Source: Vulcanimicrobiaceae bacterium (GTDB lineage Bacteria; Vulcanimicrobiota; Vulcanimicrobiia; Vulcanimicrobiales; Vulcanimicrobiaceae). Taken from it: a stretch of DNA of 64,000 nucleotides. Shown here piece by piece: positions 26,872 to 36,246 of the stretch. Position numbers and translations under genes: made by a program. The notes under the pieces were generated by a model that was not told the origin of the DNA, did no database searches, and saw only the letters and a list, made by a program, of their open reading frames with translations. How positions within the stretch are numbered: position 1 is the stretch's first letter; the number at the start of each line of letters is the position of its first letter. The stretch covers positions 4,310-68,309 of the forward strand of contig DATEHZ010000061.1 of assembly GCA_035279385.1 (NCBI GenBank), given 5' to 3'.

Positions 26872-27951
26872 ATGCGGGTCGTCATCGCTCCCGACAAGTT
26901 CAAGGGAAGACTCACCGCCGCACAAGCGGCGGATGCGATCGAAAGAGGCATGCGCGCGGTGCTGCACGACGCGGAGTTCGTTGTCACGCCGATGGCGGAC
27001 GGCGGTGAAGGTACCGTCGATGCATTCGTGCGTGCCGGCGCGCAGCGTCGCACGGTGCGCGTCCGAGGACCGTTAGGCGATCCGGTCGACGCCCCGTTTG
27101 CGCTGCTCGATTCGACTGCGATTATCGAAATGGCGGCGGCTTCCGGCTTGGAACTGCTAACGCGCGATCGCCGCAACATCTTGCATTCCGATACGTACGG
27201 CGTCGGTGAGCTCTTGCTGGCGAGCGCTGCTGCCGGCGCGCAGCGTATCATCGTCGGCGTCGGCGGGAGCGCAACCAACGACGCGGGAACCGGCATGCTG
27301 CGCGCGCTGGGCGTACGTTTCATCGACGAAACCGGCGAAACGCTGGACCGTGCGATTCTGCGCTACGCATGCTTGGACGACATCGATCGCAGTGGTTTGA
27401 ACGAGCGCGTGGCGCGCGTGCCCATCGTTATCGCAAGCGACGTCGACAATCCGCTCTGCGGCGCGAACGGCGCGGCACGAACCTATGCCGCGCAGAAAGG
27501 CGCCAACGCGGCGCAAATCGCGCTGCTCGACGACACCCTCGAACATATTGCGGACGTCGCCGCGAGCACGATGGGCAAAGACGAGCGGCGGACACCCGGC
27601 GCGGGCGCTGCGGGCGGTCTGGGCTATGGCTTGCTGCAATTCCTGAACGCGCGGATGGAGCGGGGCGTGAAGGTTATCGCGGATGAATTGCAGTTGCGCA
27701 GCGCCCTCCACGGTGCTGCGCTGTGCGTCACCGGCGAGGGGAAGATCGACGATCAAACGCTCCACGGCAAAGCCGTGAGCGGCGTTGCCGCGCTGGCGCA
27801 AGCGGAACATGTACCGGTGGTGGCATTTGCCGGAATCGTCGAGGAGCACGCAAAGCAAGAACTCGAGGAGCGCGGCATCACGGTGCGTGAAGCCGACTCC
27901 ACCGTTTTGGAACGAGCTGCGCGCGATTACGCCGGCGAGTTTGCCGGGTGA
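26872..27951 (+). CDS. glxK: Glycerate kinase
   Basis: MRVVIAPDKFKG...MADGGEGT, the typical glycerate kinase N-terminus. Confidence 0.9.
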   Translation: MRVVIAPDKFKGRLTAAQAADAIERGMRAVLHDAEFVVTPMADGGEGTVDAFVRAGAQRRTVRVRGPLGDPVDAPFALLDSTAIIEMAAASGLELLTRDRRNILHSDTYGVGELLLASAAAGAQRIIVGVGGSATNDAGTGMLRALGVRFIDETGETLDRAILRYACLDDIDRSGLNERVARVPIVIASDVDNPLCGANGAARTYAAQKGANAAQIALLDDTLEHIADVAASTMGKDERRTPGAGAAGGLGYGLLQFLNARMERGVKVIADELQLRSALHGAALCVTGEGKIDDQTLHGKAVSGVAALAQAEHVPVVAFAGIVEEHAKQELEERGITVREADSTVLERAARDYAGEFAG

Positions 27952-28313
27952 AGGGCTGCTTGCCCGCCGGTCTCGTGGATCGCGCTCGGTACGGTTATCG
28001 TGCCCTGCATGCCGGGGTGATACGTACAGACGTACGGGTACACGCCGGACTTCGTGAACGTGTACTTCCAGGATTTACCGCCGGCGATGTCGCCGGACTT
28101 GAACGCATCCGCCGTGACGTTATGCGTCACGTCGTCGTCGTTCTGGAAGACGACGGTATCCCCGGGCTGCACCGTCAGCATCTGCGGCTTGAACGCGTAA
28201 TCGCTCATATGAACGACGGTTTGCGGCTGCGCCGGCCGTGCCGTTTGCGCGCCCAGCCCGAGCATGCAGAGCCCGATTCCAAGTGCGGAAAGAAACTTCG
28301 CCATGCGCTTCAC
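27927..28313 (-). CDS. Cupredoxin (plastocyanin/amicyanin-like blue copper protein)
   Basis: Signal peptide, then copper ligands H..(THNV)...CTYHPGM. Confidence 0.8.
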   Translation of the reverse strand: MKRMAKFLSALGIGLCMLGLGAQTARPAQPQTVVHMSDYAFKPQMLTVQPGDTVVFQNDDDVTHNVTADAFKSGDIAGGKSWKYTFTKSGVYPYVCTYHPGMQGTITVPSAIHETGGQAALHPANSPA

Positions 28314-28474
28314 CCTACGAAAGAACGATGAAGGAAGCCTGAACCGGCAGAACGTTCAGACTTTTTTCATGCGCCGAGGCTAGCGTGGAGTTGCTCCATA
28401 TGGTGCAGCACGAGTTGGGTTGGCGATCAGGCTCCGTTCGCCAACCCTCTTTCATGCTGCCGGCCAGCCGGCAA

Positions 28475-29821
28475 TCAAGCAGGCGAGTTCGATCGCTGTT
28501 CGTACACTTCCGCGGGACGCATGTAGGACGCGCGCTGCGCGATGGCGCGGTCGAGGACGCCGAGCACCACTTGCGCGAGCTTCTCAGGATCGTGACGCAC
28601 GGTTACCGTTTCGCTGATTACCTGCGCCTGCACCGGCGTGAGGCCCAGTTCCCGAATGCGTTCGGCGTCCGGCGCGACCGGAATCTGGCCTTCCTCGGCG
28701 TACACCTCGAGCAGTTTGCTGGGCGGTTCATCGTTGACGATGACGTAATCGCAGACGCGTTTGCCCGCGTTTTCGAGCAGCGCTTCCACGTGATCCGCGG
28801 CGGTCATCGCATCCGTTTCGCCCGGCTGCGTCATGACGTTGCAGACGTACATCTTTACGGCTGAGGACGCCGCCACTTCGCGCGCTATCCGGTCGACCAG
28901 GAAATTCGGCAGAATCGACGTGAACAAACTGCCCGGCCCCAGCACGATGGCGTCCGCTTCGCGAATGGCGTTGATCGTCTCGCCGAGCGGCGCCGCGTAC
29001 GGCGGATCGAAGAAGACCTGCTTGATGCGCTTGTGCGATTTCGAGATGTTCGTCTCGCCTTCGATGACGGTGCCGTCTTCCAAACGCGCGCACAGGTGCG
29101 CGATGCCCAGCGTCGCCGGGAGCACGCGGCCTTTGATGTTGAGCACGCGGCTCGATTCTTTGATCGCGCGATCGAAGTTGCCGGTAATGCCGGTCATCGC
29201 GGCGAGGAAAAGATTGCCGAACGAGTGTCCCGTCAGCCCTTCGCCTTCGTTGAAACGATAGCGGAAGAGATCGGTGACCATCGCTTCGTCGTCGGCAAGC
29301 GCGACCAGGCAGTTGCGCACGTCGCCCGGCGGCAGAACGCCGAGTTCTTTTTGCAAGCGTCCCGAACTGCCGCCGTCGTCGCTGACCGTGACGATGGCGG
29401 TGAGATTTGCCGTTTTGCTCTTGAGGCCGCGCAGCAGCGTCGAGAGCCCGGTGCCGCCGCCGATCGCGACGATCTTATAGCCGTTGCGCAAGCGCATCGA
29501 ATAGAGCGTGTCGAGAATGTGCTCGTGCCCGCCCATCGCGCTCGCGCGCAGAATTGCCAGCAGCCACTGCCGGATGCCCAGAAAAATCAGCGCGACGCCG
29601 ATGATGATGAAGATCCACGCGAGATAGCCCGGCGGAAAATAATCGGTGACGAAGCTGTCGACCAGTTCGTTTGCGTGCAGGTCGAACCCGATTGCCACCA
29701 GATAGCGATCGATGCCGTTGACGAGCAGCAAAATGCCGGCGATGGCGACGACGAGCCAGCGTTTGATGCCCAGGCCCGGATACGCCCAGCGAAGCACCGG
29801 AGGAACGCGGCTCAGCGTCAT
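28475..29821 (-). CDS. yvcK: YvcK/CofD-like gluconeogenesis factor with N-terminal TM segments
   Basis: IVAIGGGTGLSTLLRGLK...VSDDGGSSG. ATGA overlap with rapZ. Confidence 0.85.
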   Translation of the reverse strand: MTLSRVPPVLRWAYPGLGIKRWLVVAIAGILLLVNGIDRYLVAIGFDLHANELVDSFVTDYFPPGYLAWIFIIIGVALIFLGIRQWLLAILRASAMGGHEHILDTLYSMRLRNGYKIVAIGGGTGLSTLLRGLKSKTANLTAIVTVSDDGGSSGRLQKELGVLPPGDVRNCLVALADDEAMVTDLFRYRFNEGEGLTGHSFGNLFLAAMTGITGNFDRAIKESSRVLNIKGRVLPATLGIAHLCARLEDGTVIEGETNISKSHKRIKQVFFDPPYAAPLGETINAIREADAIVLGPGSLFTSILPNFLVDRIAREVAASSAVKMYVCNVMTQPGETDAMTAADHVEALLENAGKRVCDYVIVNDEPPSKLLEVYAEEGQIPVAPDAERIRELGLTPVQAQVISETVTVRHDPEKLAQVVLGVLDRAIAQRASYMRPAEVYEQRSNSPA

Positions 29822-30678
29822 CGGTCTTCGTCCCTCGAATCTAGAAATACGTCGGCGAGCCCTTGGCGCTGCAAATGATCGTTCAGCCGGCGCGCAACGT
29901 ATACCGAGCGGTGACGGCCGCCCGTGCAGCCGATACCGATCGTCAGCTGCGATTTGCCTTCAGCCAGATAGCGGGGCATCAAGAAATCCATCATGTCGAA
30001 CAGTCGTTGTAAGAACGGCGCCGCAGCCGGGTCCGTTTCGATGTATTCGGCGACCGCCGGGTCGGCGCCCGTAAGCGGCCGCAGGCTCTCTACGTAGTTC
30101 GGATTGTGTAGAAACCGTACGTCGAACAGCATATCCAAATCCAGCGGTATGCCGTACTTGAAGCCGAACGCGACGACGCTGACCGAAAGCGCGCGCTCGG
30201 TATGCAGGGGCGAAAATGCCGCCGCGATGCGCTCCTTGAGTTCCGCATGCGTGAGGTCCGTCGTATCGATGACGTGCGTCGCCAGCGCGCGCAGCGGCGC
30301 GAGCTCTTCGCGCTCCACCGCGATTGCGTCTCGCAGCGAGCCCACCGTGGCAAACGGATGCCGGCGACGCGTTTCACTGTATCGTCGGACGAGCACGTCG
30401 TTGCGCGCGTCCAGGAACAGCAGCTGCGGGCGCACGCCGTCGGCGGAGAACTGCTGCATGAGCGGCAGCGCGTCGCCCAGCGTTCCTCCGCTGCGCACGT
30501 CCAGCGCCAAAGCGACCTCGCGCACCCGTGCGTCCTCCAGGAGCGAGAGGGTTTGTGAAACCAGCTTCGGAGGAAGGTTATCTACACAGTAAAAGCCCAA
30601 GTCTTCAAGCGTCTTCATCGCCTGACTCTTACCGGCTCCCGAAAGCCCCGTCACGAAGACGAGTCGTTCTAGAGCCAC
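29818..30678 (-). CDS. rapZ: RNase adapter/nucleotide-binding protein RapZ (YvcJ)
   Basis: GTG start chosen to give MALERLVFVTGLSGAGKS (P-loop at the N-terminus). C-terminal IGCTGGRHRSV. The alternative GTG at 30687 is possible. Confidence 0.8.
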   Translation of the reverse strand: MALERLVFVTGLSGAGKSQAMKTLEDLGFYCVDNLPPKLVSQTLSLLEDARVREVALALDVRSGGTLGDALPLMQQFSADGVRPQLLFLDARNDVLVRRYSETRRRHPFATVGSLRDAIAVEREELAPLRALATHVIDTTDLTHAELKERIAAAFSPLHTERALSVSVVAFGFKYGIPLDLDMLFDVRFLHNPNYVESLRPLTGADPAVAEYIETDPAAAPFLQRLFDMMDFLMPRYLAEGKSQLTIGIGCTGGRHRSVYVARRLNDHLQRQGLADVFLDSRDEDR

Positions 30679-30705
30679 TCGGCGCACCCGGAGCGTGCAA
30701 ACGTC

Positions 30706-31104
30706 ATGAAACTGTTTTCGCCCGAAAAGGCCAACGCCCTCATCCCGAAGGTGGCTCCGCTGGTTGAGGAGCTCTGGACGAAGCGCCGTGACCTCGCGAT
30801 TCGGTTGCTGGAGACCGACCCGGTGCTGCGCGGCACCGAGCCGACGCCCCATTCGCGCATGGCCACCCCCCGCTCACCCTTCACGCCCGGGCGCTTCAGC
30901 GAGCAAAAAGCGGAGATCGTCCGCATCATCAATCGCATCGAGGCATACGGCTGCATCGTGAAGGACATCGACCTCGGCCTGATCGATTTTCCGTCGATGC
31001 ACGAGGGTCGCGCGGTGTATCTGTGCTGGAAAGCCGGGGAAGAGCGCATCACGCACTGGCACGGTATGGACGAGGGCTTCTCCGAACGCCGGATGCTCCA
31101 ATGA
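30706..31104 (+). CDS. DUF2203 domain protein
   Basis: MKLFSPEKANALIP...GCIVKDIDLGLIDFPS...YLCWKAGEE.I.HWH pattern. Confidence 0.65.
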   Translation: MKLFSPEKANALIPKVAPLVEELWTKRRDLAIRLLETDPVLRGTEPTPHSRMATPRSPFTPGRFSEQKAEIVRIINRIEAYGCIVKDIDLGLIDFPSMHEGRAVYLCWKAGEERITHWHGMDEGFSERRMLQ

Positions 31105-31105
31105 G

Positions 31106-31134
31106 AAGACCCGGCGATTGCCGGGTCTTGTTTC
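31106..31134. terminator. Bidirectional hairpin between convergent genes
   Basis: 10-bp stem AAGACCCGGC-gatt-GCCGGGTCTT followed by gtttc. Confidence 0.7.
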
Positions 31135-31155
31135 AAACGGTCGGCGGGGCAGCCG

Positions 31156-31566
31156 CTACGGCGTCGTAACGGTCGCCTCGACCGGAATAAAATCTTCCGC
31201 CAATCCCTGCAGGCGCACCTCGCCGAACTCGGCGGTGTACGCGCCGGCCTCGGCGCTCTTGATCTCACCGATCTCCGGAACGCCGGCGAGCTGCGGAATC
31301 TTCGAGCGGATCTCGTCGGGAATGCGAACCTTATCGCCGACCGAGAGTTTGCCTTGGTCCCACAGGGCGTTGAGGCCCTCGAGCAACATGGGCAGCGGAA
31401 TCCCGTAATCCTCGCTGATTGCGCCGATGGTGTGCGACTCGCTAATCGCGCAGTTGGAACAGCCGCCCAGATGAAAGCGGGCGAACACGCGGCGCGCGCC
31501 CGCGTGAAGTTTGAACGCCTGGTCGACGGTCATTTCCGGGGTGAAACGTTGCTCGGTCATACTCAT
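31156..31566 (-). CDS. DUF1858-like domain protein
   Basis: N-terminal MTVDQAFKLH.GARRVFARFHLGGCSNCAISE resembles the DUF1858/hybrid-cluster-associated redox domain. Confidence 0.55.
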   Translation of the reverse strand: MSMTEQRFTPEMTVDQAFKLHAGARRVFARFHLGGCSNCAISESHTIGAISEDYGIPLPMLLEGLNALWDQGKLSVGDKVRIPDEIRSKIPQLAGVPEIGEIKSAEAGAYTAEFGEVRLQGLAEDFIPVEATVTTP

Positions 31567-31575
31567 ATCCTTCGC

Positions 31576-33270
31576 CTAGAACGCCGGTTGGCCCCCGCCG
31601 GTTGCAGTGAGCTGCGCCAGCCGGCGGCGCAGGTCGCGAACCTCGATGCCGTCCGCGGCGTACCCGACCGCGGCAGCAAGGGAGGCAAGCGCGTCCTCCT
31701 CGTCGGGGGCATACGTATCGTCGTCGAGTTTCTGCCCGCATACGAGTATGCCCAGGAGTTCGCCGCGCACGATCATCGGAAACGCGCGCACGCCGGGCAG
31801 CGCCGATCCGCAGTCGCGCACGTGCACGTTCACGTGCCGTGCGCGCATCGAAACCAGGGCGGGGTCGTTTTCGTCGACTGCCGGGGCTATCGCGAACGTG
31901 CCGGCACGCGCGGTGTAGATGCCGGCATCGTCGGCAAGCCATACGCCGGAGCCGAGCGTCTTGGCGTGATGCTCCACGATCTGGACGCAGCGCGTGAGCA
32001 GCACGTCGAGATCCGTGATGTATGAAGCGTCGTGCGCGAACGTGCGTATCGCCGCTTCGGCGAGATGCCGCTCGCGAAAGAGCACGTTGTCGACGAAGCG
32101 ATCGACGCGCGCATGCACGTATCGAATTGAGAATCCCAGTGCGAGCGCAACGGCGAGCTGCACGGCCGTACTCGTAACGTGGCTCGTACTTTCGACGTAT
32201 TTCGCGAGCAGCGTTTCGACCATGACGAATACGCCGACGACTATAACGGAGACCGCGGTGTAGACCACGGCGCGATTGAGTACGAACCCGACGTCGATGA
32301 CGCGGTGACGCAAAATGACGTACGCGAGTCCGAACGGCGTTGCCGCGACGAACGGAAGCGTCGCCAAATCGACGATGAAATTGTATCCGCCCAGCGCGAT
32401 GAAAGCGAGATCCGCACCGATCGCACCGAGTGCGATTGCCAGGAAGAAGAAGACCCACTTACGCCGCTGCCGTTCCGCGAACTCGCCGTGAAGATACGCG
32501 ACGATCAACGTCACGACGACGAATAAGGCAATAATCGCCATCGCGCAAAGAAGAAAAAAATTCAGCAGCGACGTGTTGGCGGCGGAATTCGCAAGCCATA
32601 ACGAAGACACGGCCACGATGGAACTCGCGACGGCGATCCAGACGGCGATGCGCGCCAGTAAATGCGGCAACGGTTTTGCGGTGCCCGAAGGAAACGTAGC
32701 CGCGAACACCGCCGCGAAGCCCGCTCCGAGCAGCAGCAGCACAGAGGAACCGATCTGTTCGACGACGAGCGTAAGCGCCGGCGTGGGAAGCACCGTGTTG
32801 CGCATGCCGATCGTCAATCCGAAGCACCAGAGGAACGCTGCGAGCGAACGCGATGCCGCGTCGTCAAAACGCCGCCACGCGAGCAAGCCGGCGACAACGA
32901 GAAACGCAAGTCGAATGGCGAACGGAAGCCACAGCGAGGGGTCGTGATATGCGGGCGGTGCGGTGAGGATCGCGGTACGCGATCCGTTTACGACGACCGG
33001 CACGCGTGAACCGGGAGGCGCGTATAAGACGCGGGCTCGCTCCATCTGCGTATCGCCGAACGTGACCCGGTCCCCCGGTCTGATTCCCGCGCGCGCCGCG
33101 GACGAATGCGCGCGGACCGCTACGATGCGAACGACGCCCGGCGACTTTGGATCGACGCGCGAAACGGCGCCGTAGTCCGCCGCCATCGGCAGCATCATCT
33201 GATACGCCGCAAATGCGAGGGCCAGCGCTATGCATATCAGCGCCGGTGTGCGCCAAGTTGCGGCCTTCAT
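31576..33270 (-). CDS. Membrane sensor protein: N-terminal PDZ-like domain, multi-TM core, C-terminal GAF-like domain
   Basis: GVVRIVAVRAHSSAARAGIRPGDRV (PDZ-like), about 8 TMs. C-terminal region with a PMIVRGELLGILV pattern typical of GAF. Confidence 0.6.
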   Translation of the reverse strand: MKAATWRTPALICIALALAFAAYQMMLPMAADYGAVSRVDPKSPGVVRIVAVRAHSSAARAGIRPGDRVTFGDTQMERARVLYAPPGSRVPVVVNGSRTAILTAPPAYHDPSLWLPFAIRLAFLVVAGLLAWRRFDDAASRSLAAFLWCFGLTIGMRNTVLPTPALTLVVEQIGSSVLLLLGAGFAAVFAATFPSGTAKPLPHLLARIAVWIAVASSIVAVSSLWLANSAANTSLLNFFLLCAMAIIALFVVVTLIVAYLHGEFAERQRRKWVFFFLAIALGAIGADLAFIALGGYNFIVDLATLPFVAATPFGLAYVILRHRVIDVGFVLNRAVVYTAVSVIVVGVFVMVETLLAKYVESTSHVTSTAVQLAVALALGFSIRYVHARVDRFVDNVLFRERHLAEAAIRTFAHDASYITDLDVLLTRCVQIVEHHAKTLGSGVWLADDAGIYTARAGTFAIAPAVDENDPALVSMRARHVNVHVRDCGSALPGVRAFPMIVRGELLGILVCGQKLDDDTYAPDEEDALASLAAAVGYAADGIEVRDLRRRLAQLTATGGGQPAF

Positions 33271-33287
33271 GGCGCCAGAATTAACGA

Positions 33288-33648
33288 AATCGCGGAGTAC
33301 GCCTGTAAGCCGGATTCTGTTCCCCTCGCAAAGCTCGGGGCGGCGGCCATCTCTCTGGGACGCGCGTTGCCGTGCGTCTCGATGCGACTTTGCTCGTTCG
33401 GACGGGCAGTCCGGCCTCTTACGAGGCGTATCGAGCGGTCTTGCTTCAGGTGGGGTTTACCCGAGCGCACGTCACCGTGCGGCTCCGTGAGCTCTTACCT
33501 CACGATTTCACCCTTGCCTTGCGGCGGTATGTTTCTGTGGCACTTTCCTTCGGGTCGCCCCGACAGGACGTTATCCTGCACCCTGCCCTGTGAAGCCCGG
33601 ACTTTCCTCAAGCACGTTGCCTGCGGCCGTCCGGCGTACTCCGCGGTC
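33288..33648 (-). ncRNA. rnpB: RNase P RNA, bacterial type A
   Basis: The reverse complement contains GAGGAAAGTCCGGGCTTCACAGGGCAGGGTGC, AAGGGTGAAA, GGTAAGAGCTCAC, GGTAAACCCCACC and ACAGAATCCGGCTTA. 13-bp P1 between 33291-33303 and 33633-33645. Confidence 0.85.
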
Positions 33649-33670
33649 GTTTAGTGTATCACATCAAAGA

Positions 33671-33704
33671 AACGGCCGCGTGCGAAACGCGGCCGTTCGT
33701 TTTT
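33671..33704. terminator. Hairpin terminator, probably the original terminator of tRNA-Ala(GGC)
   Basis: 10-bp stem AACGGCCGCG-tgcgaaa-CGCGGCCGTT with T tracts on both strands. Confidence 0.65.
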
Positions 33705-33710
33705 AAATTC

Positions 33711-33730
33711 TGGAGGCAAGGAGACTCGAA
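33711..33730 (-). repeat. Displaced 20-nt copy of the tRNA-Ala(GGC) 3' end (att-like direct repeat, distal copy)
   Basis: TGGAGGCAAGGAGACTCGAA is identical to 36250-36269 inside the tRNA. Confidence 0.75.
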
Positions 33731-33863
33731 AACGTCTCGGTGCAGTCCTCGCGGGTTTTTAGCGGTCGCTGGCGCGGTTGCCTTCCGGTAAAGCGGCCGT
33801 CGAAGGCCAGGGACGGACGCGATGAGCCAGATCGAATGTCCTCGAATAGCCCGCTAAGAATCG

Positions 33864-34922
33864 CTACAGCGAATTGAAGATGAAGGTGGTCCGACGTAGG
33901 TGGTTCAGCGCCAGCATCGGTACTTTGTCCTCGGCGAGTTCGAGGAACTCGCGAACGAGAAAGTATTCAACGGTGCGCTCCCGCTGCATCTCGATCCAAT
34001 AGTCTGGTGAATATCGTGCGGCGACGCTGATCGCGTACATGACCGCGAGGTAGATAGCGTATTCGCTAATCGCCGTCTGTTTTATTGTTGGAAGAAAGAA
34101 CCGGCGGCCGTCGTGAACGATCGTGGTTGCGAGAAGCTCGTCTTCCGGTGAGCGGACAGACCCGTTGACCGAAGCTCGATCCCACGTAATGCGGTTATCG
34201 ACGAAGATGGCGTCGGAACCGCCTTGCTCGATCAGGTACGCCCCAACGGCGATATTGTCGCGGATCCAACCGGGCCCGCTTGGCACGTGATCTTGGATGT
34301 CGACCTCGATGTTTGGAAACGAACGCAGGGCCTCGTCGAGATAATCGTCGCCCGGAACGTCGCCGGTCCAAACGGCCTCAATCACTCGGGGCCGTAGGCG
34401 CGCGTGCGGAAGTGAATGACGGAGTTCAGGGATTGCTTCGAGGAAGTCGCGCACCTGGAATGTTTGTCCCGAGAGGGACGCACCCCCGAACGCGGCGTTG
34501 ATTGTACCGAAGGCTTGTGTACCTCGCCCCGTGTTAATCCGCGCCTCTAAGAGCGGCGAACTGCTGCGGAATTCAAAGGCAACTTCAAGACCATGCGCGG
34601 CCTCGCGCTTCGAAAGTTGCTCGCCGCTCAGCGTAGTGAAGGCGACCGCGTTGCCAAGCCACAGCGTTCCATAGTACAGGAGAACCGCGGCCGTAAAATC
34701 GTCATCGACGTCCTCCCACGCCTTCACGTTGTCGTCGGCCAGCGTGACGGCGTTGAGGAACGGTTTCAAAAACTTCGCATCGGCGTGTGGCTCGCGAAAC
34801 AATACCTCGGCGGCGTCGCGGCCCGCGAAGCGGGAGAGTTCGTGCCAAAGCGCGGAATGCGGCGCGCGACTGCGACGCTCATCGAGCGGCCAAACTTCAC
34901 GTAACCGATTGAGACTGTTCAT
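33864..34922 (-). CDS. YaaC-like family protein (uncertain)
   Basis: 352 aa. N-terminal LLYYGTLWLGNAV and C-terminal EYAIYLAVMYAISVAARYSPDYWIEM resemble my recollection of B. subtilis YaaC (LLFYGMVQLMKA.. / HYLLLYNLSMISRYETEWWNEL). Confidence 0.5.
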   Translation of the reverse strand: MNSLNRLREVWPLDERRSRAPHSALWHELSRFAGRDAAEVLFREPHADAKFLKPFLNAVTLADDNVKAWEDVDDDFTAAVLLYYGTLWLGNAVAFTTLSGEQLSKREAAHGLEVAFEFRSSSPLLEARINTGRGTQAFGTINAAFGGASLSGQTFQVRDFLEAIPELRHSLPHARLRPRVIEAVWTGDVPGDDYLDEALRSFPNIEVDIQDHVPSGPGWIRDNIAVGAYLIEQGGSDAIFVDNRITWDRASVNGSVRSPEDELLATTIVHDGRRFFLPTIKQTAISEYAIYLAVMYAISVAARYSPDYWIEMQRERTVEYFLVREFLELAEDKVPMLALNHLRRTTFIFNSL

Positions 34923-34985
34923 GTTCTGCGTCTCCAGCGGTCAGGCGCGATACAGAGCGGCCCTCCCCGATTAGGCGTGATTTGG

Positions 34986-36089
34986 TTATCTCGTTCTTGC
35001 ACTTGCTGATACAATGCCAAACCCGGTTCGTAATGACATGATTATGCCCATCACGAGACAAGTGCCCAGCAATATGAGCATTAACATTCCGCTTGGCGCT
35101 GATAGTAGCCGAAACGTAAGGATCAGGATTATTAGGCGAACCAGGTCTCGGTGCCAATCTGCAGAGTAATGGGTCAGCACTTTCTGGACCTCGACTTGTC
35201 GCCCGTACTCACGGTGAATGGATTCAAGCGACGTTTGTATGTGGCGCCCCGATTTGAGGATTTCAGCGCTCTCCGAATGCACCCGTTCCTGGGCCGCTTT
35301 TACCTTTGCAATAATCTCGTCTTTTGCGTGCCGCCGAGGCGACTCGGACGAGGACTCGTCGCTGTCAAGCTTTGCTATCGCCTCAACAAACGCAACGGCC
35401 GTGGCGCGCGTTGCTCGCTTGCGTTTCGAGGGCGATAACCGCTCATAATCAGCGAGGACTTCATTCGCGGCTTCGATGATCTCACGGCGCTTGGTCATGT
35501 CCGCTGTTTGTGCGCTGAACTGGTTTACGGCGGCGTCAAGATCGCGGTTTAGCGTTTGCTGCTCACTCGCAATGACTGGTTGCAGCCAATTGCGATACAC
35601 GGACAGGGAAACGCTTATCACAAGCAGGATCGTTGCAAAATATGCTACGGCTTTCGCCGGCAGGCCGGGAATGAGGAGCATCAGGCTGCCAAGCATAGTA
35701 GTTTGAAAGCAAACGGCGATCATTTCCGAGTTTGCCAGCAGCCAGTATAGCGAGCGCGACGAGAAATAAGCCCCGAAGGAGATGCCTTCAACTGGTGGGC
35801 CTGCTAGCGACAGCATCCCGGCGCTTAAGGTTAACACGGCAAAAACTATGACCCATAGCGTTGCTGAGACCGTCGCAAGCGATATTAATAGATCGTGTAT
35901 TAGTGCGGCGTCTATGACGCCGGACTTTGTTGTGAATCCGGAAAGGAACGAAAAAACCGCGGTATGCGGTATCGTCGTGTAGTGCGTAATAACGAGCGGA
36001 ACCACCCAAAACGCTAGAAGCCAGATTAGCGGCCACGGTACCGAGATCGGTTCTTTAACGTCCGTCGACGCTTCGTCCCTGACGCTCAT
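34986..36089 (-). CDS. Multi-pass membrane protein with a central coiled-coil domain
   Basis: About 5-6 N-terminal TMs, about 130 aa of charged helical region (NRDLDAAVNQF...KVKAAQERV), two C-terminal TMs. Low GC. Confidence 0.6.
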   Translation of the reverse strand: MSVRDEASTDVKEPISVPWPLIWLLAFWVVPLVITHYTTIPHTAVFSFLSGFTTKSGVIDAALIHDLLISLATVSATLWVIVFAVLTLSAGMLSLAGPPVEGISFGAYFSSRSLYWLLANSEMIAVCFQTTMLGSLMLLIPGLPAKAVAYFATILLVISVSLSVYRNWLQPVIASEQQTLNRDLDAAVNQFSAQTADMTKRREIIEAANEVLADYERLSPSKRKRATRATAVAFVEAIAKLDSDESSSESPRRHAKDEIIAKVKAAQERVHSESAEILKSGRHIQTSLESIHREYGRQVEVQKVLTHYSADWHRDLVRLIILILTFRLLSAPSGMLMLILLGTCLVMGIIMSLRTGFGIVSASARTR

Positions 36090-36246
36090 GCTTTACATTC
36101 CGGCAGTACGAACACCTTAGTGGCGCTCTTTCTTCCAGACACATAGCGTGCCCTAGCATGGCGGCTCAGCGGCTCCCCGCCGTTGCCTGCGGCAACGAAA
36201 TGGCAAACGATCCCCCGGGGAAGACCGAGGGATCGTGCTTGGAAAC

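Noticed and set aside
28350-28378. Hairpin CTGAAC-N8-GTTCAG followed by ACTTTTTT, upstream of the cupredoxin gene.
   Set aside because: The stem is only 6 bp, and it is oriented on the plus strand where no gene ends. Probably fortuitous or part of the cupredoxin 5' UTR.
33106-33654. ORFs 33106..33654, 33230..33490, 33372..33593 and 33267..33470.
   Set aside because: The region is RNase P RNA on the minus strand, with all universal type-A motifs and the P1 stem present.
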